IMG/VR virus record: IMGVR_UViG_3300033516_000059
Coordinates: 1-32,105 of that record
Reading direction: 5' to 3' (one strand)
Source of the DNA: a virus
Taxonomy: Duplodnaviria > Caudoviricetes
DNA length: 32,105 nucleotides
Made by a program: the position numbers and the translations under genes
Shown here: positions 1 through 8,656 of the stretch, one piece after another
Position numbering within the stretch: the stretch's first letter is position 1
Layout: each line of letters starts with the position of its first letter
Notes under the pieces: model-generated
Database searches by the model: none
Told to the model about the DNA's origin: nothing
The model's input: the letters and a program-made list of their open reading frames with translations, nothing else

Positions 1-1075
1 AATCCTCTTTTGAAATTTCACTTATAGAACCAGGAAGCAACTTAATGACTTCTGCATCATCAGATCCGAAAATTTCCCTGACAAGGAAATCAAATGCTCG
101 TTTAGAAAAATCATAAGTCGCATCTTTCTTTTGAAGTTGTGATTCAAGAACTTCTGTTGCTTTATTGATAGCTATCCAGTATTGTTCCTCAACGGCATCG
201 CTAAGTGCCTGTTTGTTATCTGGATTCGTATTACCATACATACGATCTTGTGCGGTCATCACATTTCTAATGTAATACATCAAATGATTTGGGTCTTGTG
301 CTTGCTTTTCAAAAGGCGCACCACGACCACGAATCATGTCCCAAATTTTATTGCTACCGGCTCCACCAACTGTAGGGAACGATGACATGCTCTCTAAGCC
401 TTTTATGAGGGGCAATCCAAAGAAATTTCCCATACGAAGAATAGCTGTGAATATACTCAACTGTGCTGTTTTCGACGTATCGGTTTTGATAGAGAAACGA
501 ACAGGAGCTTCGATATCTTCTGGAACAGGAGTATTCGACTTGGCTTCGACGCGGAGCATTACGTCGCCTTTGATTTCATCTTTTGAAGCTGATGTTTGCG
601 ATCCATCAGCAACTACATAGAATGTGATGTTATCTGGTGAGCGGTTAGTAAGTACCTTGATGATGAACGCCTCAATGCGCTTAACAGCTTTTGTTCCAGC
701 GATCTGCTTCGTCATTGTATCGATGGTAGATTCAATGTCTGGAATTGGTTTTGACGTAGGACCGAATGCGGTCTTGGTAGTAGCCTTCAAGTTGATAACG
801 ACTTTGACTGCCAGCTTATTACCCGGTTGAATATGCGGTAACTTGTTGGCGATCCAACCATCTGCTGCAAGGTTGGAATCAACCATTGTCTGAAATGGCT
901 CCTTCGGTTTGACGATAACACGCTTTCTAATTTCATTAAGCTTAGCAACGTCAATCTTTCCATCTGCAATGTACAAAGCAACAGCAATGGCAAATATGCC
1001 TTCCATAGCATCGCCAACGACTGACTCCGCTTCATCAATGAGCATTGCTTCGGTGAAAAAAGATTTGAATCCCAT
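1..1075 (-). CDS. Putative capsid-internal protein with possible PD-(D/E)xK nuclease-like fold; 3'-partial, missing from the ORF track
   Basis: Manual translation from ATG at 1075 (GGAG RBS upstream) gives MGFKSFFTEAMLIDEAESVVGDAMEGIFAIAVALY...KGDVMLRV...FSIKTD..., open to the window edge. The E...D...SxK spacing is restriction-endonuclease-like. The CDS is well supported; the function is inference. Confidence 0.8.
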   Translation of the reverse strand, partial: MGFKSFFTEAMLIDEAESVVGDAMEGIFAIAVALYIADGKIDVAKLNEIRKRVIVKPKEPFQTMVDSNLAADGWIANKLPHIQPGNKLAVKVVINLKATTKTAFGPTSKPIPDIESTIDTMTKQIAGTKAVKRIEAFIIKVLTNRSPDNITFYVVADGSQTSASKDEIKGDVMLRVEAKSNTPVPEDIEAPVRFSIKTDTSKTAQLSIFTAILRMGNFFGLPLIKGLESMSSFPTVGGAGSNKIWDMIRGRGAPFEKQAQDPNHLMYYIRNVMTAQDRMYGNTNPDNKQALSDAVEEQYWIAINKATEVLESQLQKKDATYDFSKRAFDFLVREIFGSDDAEVIKLLPGSISEISKED

Positions 1076-1106
1076 GTTACTCCAGAGATATGGCTATGAG
1101 TTTAAT

Positions 1107-1367
1107 TTACTTCTTCTTTCCACAACCGCATCCCCCACGTCTTGGTGCCTGCTTCGGTATAGGATTCTGCGATGGCTGCGAAAGCGGTTGGGGTGGCGTA
1201 GGAATCGGTGTCGGCGTCGGTGGTTGTGGTGGCTGTGGCTTCGGTATATTTGGTGGTATGTATGCTGGTGGCTGTACCGGAGGTTGTGTGCTTGGTGGTG
1301 TTTGAATTGGCGACGGAACAGTTGGGTCTACTGGTTTCCCGTTCCGAAATCTCTTGATGAATGCCAT
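1107..1367 (-). CDS. Small Pro/Gln/Thr-rich protein with a C-terminal GGCGCGKKK motif
   Basis: 86-aa ORF tightly coupled to the upstream gene (TAATAATG); low-complexity Pro-rich core. Confidence 0.7.
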   Translation of the reverse strand: MAFIKRFRNGKPVDPTVPSPIQTPPSTQPPVQPPAYIPPNIPKPQPPQPPTPTPIPTPPQPLSQPSQNPIPKQAPRRGGCGCGKKK

Positions 1368-1369
1368 TA

Positions 1370-4300
1370 TTATCCTTCGAAGATGTTTCTGAGTTTATAT
1401 CTAAGTTCATCGATTGACTCATATACTGCTTCCTTTGCTATTGGTTGTGGATCAGATGTGCCACCAAGTACGGCATATGCTTGTTTATATCCAGAACTTG
1501 CATCGGATGATCCGATATACTTCTCAGGGCATACTTCCTTGAACCAGTGTTGGAAGTCTAATTTTGATGCTAACATACGTGCCAACGTTCCACTCATCTG
1601 CGCGACTGGAATAACTGGAGTCTCTGATGTTTTGGCTTTTGCAGCTAACATTTCATCTTTAGTTGCTTTTTCGGCGGCAGCAGCCGCTTTGCCAGCTTTG
1701 TCGCGTGGTTTTGGTGCTTTGTCACCGGCTTCTCTACCCACGTCGATAAAAATGATATCATCTTCAATAGGATATGCATTTCCTGGGGATGTCTTTTGTT
1801 CGTATTCTGCTTTGTACTTATCGGTCTTAAATGCATCGAATTGTGCCTTATATCCGGCTATACGGTCGCTTCCTGCGAGCCAACCCTTAACTATAATACC
1901 TTGTTTTGACGCAACTACAAGTATATCAACAATGGAACCGGTGGGGACCGGCAAACTACTAACATCTACTTTCTCTTCATTTGCATATACTGCGCCAATT
2001 AACTCAGCCTGTGTATTGAAATCCATTGGATTCTTATTCTTGTCATCTGCCGTTCCTGCGCCCTTAACCAACATTACGAATACCATATCGGCACCAACTT
2101 CGCTGAGCTTAGAAAGTCCCTGTTGAATTAATGTGTCGTGTCCCTTATGCCATGGTTGTGCGCGACCAACCCATACAATTGCACGTTTTCCACGTGCTTG
2201 GTGTTCTGGTGCCGAGTCTGGTGTTACATCGGGTGTCGGTGGCGCGATATCGACAGAAGCTTCTGCATCGTCATTTATCTCTGGTTCTTTGGGGTCCATA
2301 ATCCATCTTCCTTTTTCGTCTATGAATGTGTAGCCAAGCTTCTTCATTAACTTTCTGATATGCTTGGATCGAAGAATATACTTACCTTTTTGGTCGCGTT
2401 CATAAGCTTTTGGATAACCAAGCTTTGATAATGTGTTACGTGCCATCTTAACCTTTTCGAACTTACGCTCGTCAAGAATCTCATTCTCTTCAAACTCTTC
2501 GGCTGCCTCTTCCCAAAGCTCATCTGTATGACCATGTACATAATCAAGTGCGCGATCAACGTTACGCTGGCGTTCCTTCTCGGGATCTTCTTCATGACCC
2601 TGTGCCATCGCACGTATGTCATTAACATCAAGCTTAAAATGCTTAGTAATCTTTGGAAGAATTTTCTCTGGATTACTATCATAAGCTTGCATGATTCTTT
2701 TTATCTCAACTTCTGGGATATTCTTATCGGCAAGTTTCTGTGAGATGAAGTTCCTAACAGTGACAGGAAGCCACTTTGGGTCTTGATCTGGAAGGTTGTC
2801 GTGAAGTGGGTCGCTTGCTCTTGATGAAGGCTGAGCGTGTGGTGGTTCTGAAGGAAGGTCATCATCGATGTCGCGCATACTAGACGGATCTTGCTTCTTT
2901 GACATCATCTGTTTGACTCTTGACAAAATATTTGATACGTCAAGTTCATCAAGCCCAGCATCTTCCAACTTATCATAATAGTCTGGATCATCACCAGCTA
3001 GATGATCCTTTGTTATTTCCCCAGCAATCGCTGGATCATTTGTATGTTCCTTTTCATCATCTATACCTTTATTGTATTGTGTCCTAATCTGACTAACTGG
3101 AACTTCCTGTTTTTTTGCTATGTCGGCTAGTGACATATTATCTGCTTGCCCACCATGAATCTTATCCGTCAACTCGTCAATTTCTCCGACTGAAGGCTCG
3201 CTGTTAATGAATCCTTCAATGCGGCGACCAATAAGCATACGAAGTAAGTAAACCATGTACGCATCGCCAGAATATTTGGCATCAACAACTCTATCTTGGA
3301 GTTTGTTAAGCATTTCTTTAGTATACTTCATCTGATTTTCAGTCTTATCGACTGTATCTGGGTCTACTTGTGTCTTTGTTTGTTCCCACTTCTTTTCTAT
3401 GTCAGAAAGTTGAGTGGTAGCGGCTTTCATATATGCTTGCGCCTTATCACGCGAAGCATTGGCGTCACCAGCAGCGCCACCCACAATGAGCTTTTTACGA
3501 AGCTCGTTAGTGAACTCGTTAATCAACTCTTCGCCTTGTTTGTCGCTATGAAACTCCTTACCAACTTCCGCAATAGCTCTATTCAAAGCTGCTGGTTGAT
3601 CAGTACGTAGACCAATTACGTCCTTAAGGAACTGACCAGTTAATGTTTTTTCAATCGCACCAAGCTCCTTACGAGTACCCCATGTGCCAGCGGCAATGTC
3701 GTGGAATATCTGCGAGGTTCCCTTGATGAATGTAGGACCATCTGGAAGGTTGACCTTCAAAACAACGCCTTCGATTGGCGACTTACCTGTTTCATTACCG
3801 AGACTTGAAGAAGTCTTTTCAGCATATGCGTCAAGCTGCTTTTGAAGCCCAGGACGAATCTTTGCAATGAGATCCTTGATTGCTTTAGAGTTTGGATCAT
3901 TTTTCTTGCGGAGTAACGAAATGGATTGTGCCAGTTTTTCTGGACTTGAAATCCAATCATTGATACCAGTGAAGTCAAATTGAAGGTTGCCGTTGAGTTT
4001 ACCATCACGTTCTATATAGAAACACTTCCACTCCGTATCGTCTGTTGAACGAATGATATCAAGAAGCATGTCTTTGATATCTTCGTTTGGTTCAACCCAT
4101 GAATCGCCTTCTTTGACTTTAACATCAAAGATCATGAACGCACCCATATTACCAAGCTTACTCTTGTTATACTTGGTTGAGCAGAAAATAAAGTCGCCGC
4201 AATCATCTCCTTTGTGGGTTAGGACAGGGAACATCTCGGAAATAAATTTGACGGGAGCGCCTGCATAATCGGCAGCCTTCTTGAGACGTTCTTGGAATGG

Positions 4301-4636
4301 ACCATAATCGGCAAGGAACTTAAATGCTTTATAAAAGTGAACTGTGTACGGGTTGTTTAATTTCTCAATGTTACTATTAGTTACTTCGCCCGAGTTTGCC
4401 GATTCCATAAACCATTCTGGGTTGTGTCCCCAATTGGCTGGGGAACCGTCAAACTTCTCTGACATGGAAACCTTGTCATTTGTGTTTAGATCAATAGATC
4501 CATCAGCAGCCACCTGTTGAAGCTGGTGAAGAAACGTGAGAAGTTGTGAATCTGACATTTCATTCGATCCAGAGAATCTCTGAATGGACATCTTCTTTTC
4601 ATAAACCATACTCTCGTAGAAGTTACTAAATGACAT
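1370..4636 (-). CDS. Multidomain protein: ATP-dependent RNA-ligase-like domain, DUF5661-like domain, and HIGH-family (cytidylyltransferase/NMNAT-like) nucleotidyltransferase
   Basis: Ligase motifs SEKFDGS (I), EMF (III), FMIFDV (IIIa), EGVVLK (IV), FIK (V). Middle segment KGIDDEKEHTND..AGEITKDHL..DPDYYDKL. C-terminal VGRAQPWHKGH, KNPMDF, AGSDR and MSGTLAR. Confidence 0.8.
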   Translation of the reverse strand: MSFSNFYESMVYEKKMSIQRFSGSNEMSDSQLLTFLHQLQQVAADGSIDLNTNDKVSMSEKFDGSPANWGHNPEWFMESANSGEVTNSNIEKLNNPYTVHFYKAFKFLADYGPFQERLKKAADYAGAPVKFISEMFPVLTHKGDDCGDFIFCSTKYNKSKLGNMGAFMIFDVKVKEGDSWVEPNEDIKDMLLDIIRSTDDTEWKCFYIERDGKLNGNLQFDFTGINDWISSPEKLAQSISLLRKKNDPNSKAIKDLIAKIRPGLQKQLDAYAEKTSSSLGNETGKSPIEGVVLKVNLPDGPTFIKGTSQIFHDIAAGTWGTRKELGAIEKTLTGQFLKDVIGLRTDQPAALNRAIAEVGKEFHSDKQGEELINEFTNELRKKLIVGGAAGDANASRDKAQAYMKAATTQLSDIEKKWEQTKTQVDPDTVDKTENQMKYTKEMLNKLQDRVVDAKYSGDAYMVYLLRMLIGRRIEGFINSEPSVGEIDELTDKIHGGQADNMSLADIAKKQEVPVSQIRTQYNKGIDDEKEHTNDPAIAGEITKDHLAGDDPDYYDKLEDAGLDELDVSNILSRVKQMMSKKQDPSSMRDIDDDLPSEPPHAQPSSRASDPLHDNLPDQDPKWLPVTVRNFISQKLADKNIPEVEIKRIMQAYDSNPEKILPKITKHFKLDVNDIRAMAQGHEEDPEKERQRNVDRALDYVHGHTDELWEEAAEEFEENEILDERKFEKVKMARNTLSKLGYPKAYERDQKGKYILRSKHIRKLMKKLGYTFIDEKGRWIMDPKEPEINDDAEASVDIAPPTPDVTPDSAPEHQARGKRAIVWVGRAQPWHKGHDTLIQQGLSKLSEVGADMVFVMLVKGAGTADDKNKNPMDFNTQAELIGAVYANEEKVDVSSLPVPTGSIVDILVVASKQGIIVKGWLAGSDRIAGYKAQFDAFKTDKYKAEYEQKTSPGNAYPIEDDIIFIDVGREAGDKAPKPRDKAGKAAAAAEKATKDEMLAAKAKTSETPVIPVAQMSGTLARMLASKLDFQHWFKEVCPEKYIGSSDASSGYKQAYAVLGGTSDPQPIAKEAVYESIDELRYKLRNIFEG

Positions 4637-4637
4637 G

Positions 4638-5723
4638 TTACCCCTTAATCGCTTTTTGTATATCGGCAGGCGGAACTCCGAGTTGTGTACCTAATACCTG
4701 AAATACGTTCGTAGCTTCTTTCTCACCTATTCTACCATCTACGATTGCAAACTTTGTTTTATCTACGAGCATGTTCCAAATTGACTGGGTACGATCTGGA
4801 TGCTTCTGTTTCATAAACTGAGCCATCTTGACAGCACTAAACATATCTTCCTTTGTAACCGAATCGTCTTGAAGAATTACTTGGGCAAGCTTATCAAGAT
4901 CCTCTGATGTGACACGTTGCTTGTCCTCAAGGTCAAGAGTTTTGCGTCCCTTAACCCCGTCCTTTTCCATATCGACAACAACACGAAGCCCTTTTGGACC
5001 AAGTAGGAATCTTCCCATATTAACAAGACGGTATCCTTTAGATGTCCATTTTTGAATTTCTTGATGGTTCTTGATAATTTCAGCTAACTTGAATTTATCT
5101 TCTTGGTCAAATGGAAGGGTTTGTACAATACATGCGATGAATAGTTTATGAGTAAACCCCTTGATGTTCTCTGCTGTATCGGCATAACTACTGGATTGAT
5201 CAAATTCCCAATTCTGTCTGTTCACTGCAACGTCAACGATGTCTATTTGTATGACTTTATCTCCTACTTTAGCAGCTACGTTGGCTTCTTTACCAGCGTC
5301 CTTTACTGCCATACGAGATGGATCAATTTTAGAAATGACCGACACAACATCTTTCATTGTTTTTTCAGGAAGCAGTTCAATGTCGATGTCTAAGTCTCCG
5401 AAGTCCTGCTTTGCCATAGTGGCTTTAGCAACCGTTGAAGGATCTTCATGTGCTAACCGAGATACTGGCTTCCCGGCTATATCGGCAGCTAGACGAGTTG
5501 ATCCAAGCGAATACTTCGGTTGATATGAAGGAGATATGAGCTTGTTCTTTTTAAGGACATCAAGAATCTCAACAACAGTCGTATCAAAAACTGTTCCTAG
5601 ATCCTTCTGGGATATCTTAGTGTACGTAAGTGGCTTATCGGAGGATGGTTGAAGCTGCGGAATAAGCTTCTCCGCAGCATTACCACCCTCTAATAGCAAC
5701 TTACGTATCTGAACAAGCTTCAT
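4638..5723 (-). CDS. Pol-beta-superfamily nucleotidyltransferase, probably virion-associated
   Basis: Catalytic signature LGST...FGDLDIDI...IQIDIV; N-terminal LLLE-GGNA. Confidence 0.7.
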   Translation of the reverse strand: MKLVQIRKLLLEGGNAAEKLIPQLQPSSDKPLTYTKISQKDLGTVFDTTVVEILDVLKKNKLISPSYQPKYSLGSTRLAADIAGKPVSRLAHEDPSTVAKATMAKQDFGDLDIDIELLPEKTMKDVVSVISKIDPSRMAVKDAGKEANVAAKVGDKVIQIDIVDVAVNRQNWEFDQSSSYADTAENIKGFTHKLFIACIVQTLPFDQEDKFKLAEIIKNHQEIQKWTSKGYRLVNMGRFLLGPKGLRVVVDMEKDGVKGRKTLDLEDKQRVTSEDLDKLAQVILQDDSVTKEDMFSAVKMAQFMKQKHPDRTQSIWNMLVDKTKFAIVDGRIGEKEATNVFQVLGTQLGVPPADIQKAIKG

Positions 5724-5726
5724 GTA

Positions 5727-6389
5727 TTAAGCCTTCGCGTCCGTGTACACCCCACGGTTCCATTCGTCAGTATTCTTGTCGAATGTTGGTTCGCCGTTGG
5801 GCATAGTGGTATTTGGCTTAGCAGTTGCGCGGCGTTCGCGTAATGTAGCATTTGGGTCAAATGAAGCATCATTTGTATTAGGCGACCCTGTTCCCTGACG
5901 CACACGTGGAGTAGCTGGTCCAAGCGTCTGTTCTGGGTTGAACGCCTTCTTCTTATTTTGAACAGCCTTTTGAATAAGTTCCTTACCACCACCTATACTA
6001 GCGGCTGATTTTCCCTGTGATGGCTTAAGTGTAAATAACTCAAATACAAGTTTACCGTCCACTTCCTTGAAGATACCTTTTGGCTTGATAAGATGCTTCT
6101 TACCAGACTTCATACGAATGCAATGGAACTTGCCTTCTGTGGCGCGGAATAGACCATAACGGGCACCATTACGAGCCTCTAGAACATAAGCTGGGCTGTT
6201 GCCATTACCATCCTCTTCCATTTTACAAACCTTGAACTTCTTGGGTTTACCGTCGTGGTCTTTGTATTCAAGTAACGATGTTGCATCTTCTTTGAACTTA
6301 CCCCACCAACGGGACTCGTTAATGGTCTTGAAATTTGCTTTAAACTCGGATTCGGTAAGATGTGTACTGAAAAAGTGTTTGAACGACAT
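5727..6389 (-). CDS. Hypothetical protein, probably capsid-internal
   Basis: 220 aa, AGGAG RBS, first gene after a late promoter; N-terminus MSFKHFFSTHLTE. Confidence 0.75.
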   Translation of the reverse strand: MSFKHFFSTHLTESEFKANFKTINESRWWGKFKEDATSLLEYKDHDGKPKKFKVCKMEEDGNGNSPAYVLEARNGARYGLFRATEGKFHCIRMKSGKKHLIKPKGIFKEVDGKLVFELFTLKPSQGKSAASIGGGKELIQKAVQNKKKAFNPEQTLGPATPRVRQGTGSPNTNDASFDPNATLRERRATAKPNTTMPNGEPTFDKNTDEWNRGVYTDAKA

Positions 6390-6420
6390 TTGAGGACTCC
6401 TATGGGGTGGACTTTTACAG

Positions 6421-6428
6421 TATTTATA
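6421..6428 (-). promoter_or_regulatory. T4-type late promoter TATAAATA
   Basis: Exact TATAAATA(CT) about 30 nt upstream of the ATG at 6389. Confidence 0.75.
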
Positions 6429-6477
6429 ATAATTATAACTTATTTTTCTTGTATAATATTAAAATAGGAGAGCATCG

Positions 6478-7299
6478 ATGGATACCATATTTATTCAACC
6501 TATTTTCGCACCGGACAAAAAGAGATTCGATAGAAACTGGGAATCGTTAACAAGTTTTTTAAAATATAGCACAAAGTATAACTATGATGTTAAGTTTGCC
6601 ACAGGTGGCTGGTGTACTGACGAATATTGGACGGAATTTACCAAGTTGATCAATGACTCATATCCAGCAAACAAAATCACATTGATGCGGTTCGACAAGA
6701 ACTATGGTAAAGCTGCCGTTGTCAATGCGATTCATGCTAAAGTCAAAGAAAAGAACGTACCACATAAGTACATTTTAACATGTGACTCGGACATCCTCTT
6801 TCCAGAGGATACAACGAACCTTATTGAGAGACTTGAACAGGTTGCGGTTGAGTCGCCTAAATACACTAAGAAGCCATTCGGTATGGTTTCGTTAAATCAG
6901 CTAGGCGCTAACTGCCACTGGAAGGTGTGTTACGAAAACCAATATAAGTACACCAATAGCTTCGGTGGTCAAGAGAATATTGTTTACCCAACAAACCCTA
7001 GTGGAATCGCTGGTGGTTGTTTGTTCATTTCCAAGGAGTGCTGGGAAGCTGTCGGTGGGTATAGACAGCTTGGTGTTTATGCTGGTGATGATGCATACTT
7101 CCTGTTAGACACACACCACAAATGGTTTAGTTATCAGATGTCAGACACAATTGGTATAATTCACCCAACCGAAGATGATAAAGAATATGCGGAATGGAAG
7201 CTTAGAGTTTGCCAACGAGACTCTCATGGTGTTTCTAAGCGCGAAAACATAGATGCTATTGTAAACGAGGCGGAAGCCTTCTGGAAAAACAGAAAATGA
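6478..7299 (+). CDS. Glycosyltransferase, GT-A fold (GT2-like)
   Basis: NYGKAAVVN, DxD motif LTCDSDILF, GGCLFISKECWEAVGGY...YAGDD; AGGAG RBS. Confidence 0.85.
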   Translation: MDTIFIQPIFAPDKKRFDRNWESLTSFLKYSTKYNYDVKFATGGWCTDEYWTEFTKLINDSYPANKITLMRFDKNYGKAAVVNAIHAKVKEKNVPHKYILTCDSDILFPEDTTNLIERLEQVAVESPKYTKKPFGMVSLNQLGANCHWKVCYENQYKYTNSFGGQENIVYPTNPSGIAGGCLFISKECWEAVGGYRQLGVYAGDDAYFLLDTHHKWFSYQMSDTIGIIHPTEDDKEYAEWKLRVCQRDSHGVSKRENIDAIVNEAEAFWKNRK

Positions 7300-8033
7300 C
7301 CCCTATTAAAGTAACATATTTCGATGCTTTGCCAAATTACGGTTCTGCATTAAACGAGTGGTTTCTTAAAAACGTTGCGAAAGTTCCTTTTGAGAAATGC
7401 AAGGATCAACATAGTGAAGATCACTATGTTCTATTTGGTTCAATTTTACACTGTACAACCAAACATAGTACAGTTTGGGGTAGCGGGTTGATAAGCCCAG
7501 AGTATGGAATAGATGACAACGCAAATATCTTATGTGTGAGAGGTCCGATAAGTAAGAAATACTCTAAAAAGGATGTTCCTATTGGTGACCCGACGTTGTT
7601 ACTTCCTCTATATTTCAAGAATACGTTTGATAAGAAGTATGCCGTATCAATATGTCCACACTACGTTGACTATGGGTACGTACTAGCCAATAACCCTAGA
7701 AATTACCATGTTATTAATATGCTAGATCCTGTTGAAAAAGTAACACAAGAAATACTTGAAAGTAATGTGGTTTTCTCAAGTAGCTTAAGTAGCATAATCG
7801 TGTCAGATGCATATGGTATACCAAATTCTTGGGTGGGTACACAGAATGAAGTATGTGGTAGGGATTTTAAATTCACTGACTATATGGCATCTGTTAATAG
7901 ACCGGCACGTAAATACTTATACGATAATGTTTCTTCTGGAGCAATTAAACCATCAACGTGTTCAAGGTCTATATTAAAAACACTTCAAAACAATTTGATT
8001 TCTACTTGCCCATTTGAAATTGGTGGTAGATGA
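7296..8033 (+). CDS. Polysaccharide pyruvyltransferase (ExoV-like)
   Basis: GSIL, VWGSG, VRGP, GDPTLLLP, PHY, SDAYGIP and FKFxDY motifs; ATGA overlap with the previous gene. Confidence 0.8.
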   Translation: MTPIKVTYFDALPNYGSALNEWFLKNVAKVPFEKCKDQHSEDHYVLFGSILHCTTKHSTVWGSGLISPEYGIDDNANILCVRGPISKKYSKKDVPIGDPTLLLPLYFKNTFDKKYAVSICPHYVDYGYVLANNPRNYHVINMLDPVEKVTQEILESNVVFSSSLSSIIVSDAYGIPNSWVGTQNEVCGRDFKFTDYMASVNRPARKYLYDNVSSGAIKPSTCSRSILKTLQNNLISTCPFEIGGR

Positions 8034-8656
8034 AAGTTTGTATTATAGGTAATAGTAACAGAATATTAGAAGGTGAATTTGGTGAGTTTATCGACTCATG
8101 TGATGTTGTTATACGAATGAATAGATTTAGTGTCGATGAAAGGCTGTCTAAGCACGTTGGGAAAAAGATAAGTATTATTTCCATACGTGCTACTGGGGAG
8201 GGTGTGTCTAAGGAACTTGCAGACCATATACCAAAAAAATATTTCGATGAATGTAATGAAATATGGATACCTGTTATATAGGAATTTTATACAATTCCAT
8301 TAAAAAATAGGTTTTTTGATTTGCGTAAAGATGTGAGTATAGAAAAGGCTAGATTTGCAACCAAGAGCGAGTATCACTGTATTGTAAATAATGTTATAAC
8401 TGAATCAGATAGTGTTATTGCATCGGCATGGAATGAGAATTTTCTAACAACTGGCTATCTTACGATAGAACTAGCAATAACGCGATACCCAGGTGCCAGT
8501 ATCTATATAGTAGGGGTTGATCCACTACAGAAAAGAAATTATACACATTACTGGCTACCAGAAATTATCCCCAAACATGGTCATTTAGACCTTGAAGCTA
8601 AAATGTTACTCAAGAGAATTAAAGATGGAAAAGTTATTTCTCTAATGGAAATTTAA
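8030..8656 (+). pseudogene. GT29/sialyltransferase-like gene interrupted by one in-frame TAG at 8279-8281 (pseudogene, readthrough or sequence error)
   Basis: ORFs 8030-8281 and 8321-8656 share a frame with only one TAG between them. Sialylmotif-L-like CIIGNS..GEFIDSCDVVIRMN precedes the stop. S-like TTGYLTI..YIVGVD and HYW..H..E follow it. Confidence 0.7.

Noticed and set aside
909-2126. 405-aa plus-strand ORF and the many other short opposite-strand or nested ORFs in the track
   Set aside because: They are shadows of motif-bearing minus-strand genes, with odd composition (for example Trp/Arg runs antisense to Pro codons) and no RBS or family motifs.
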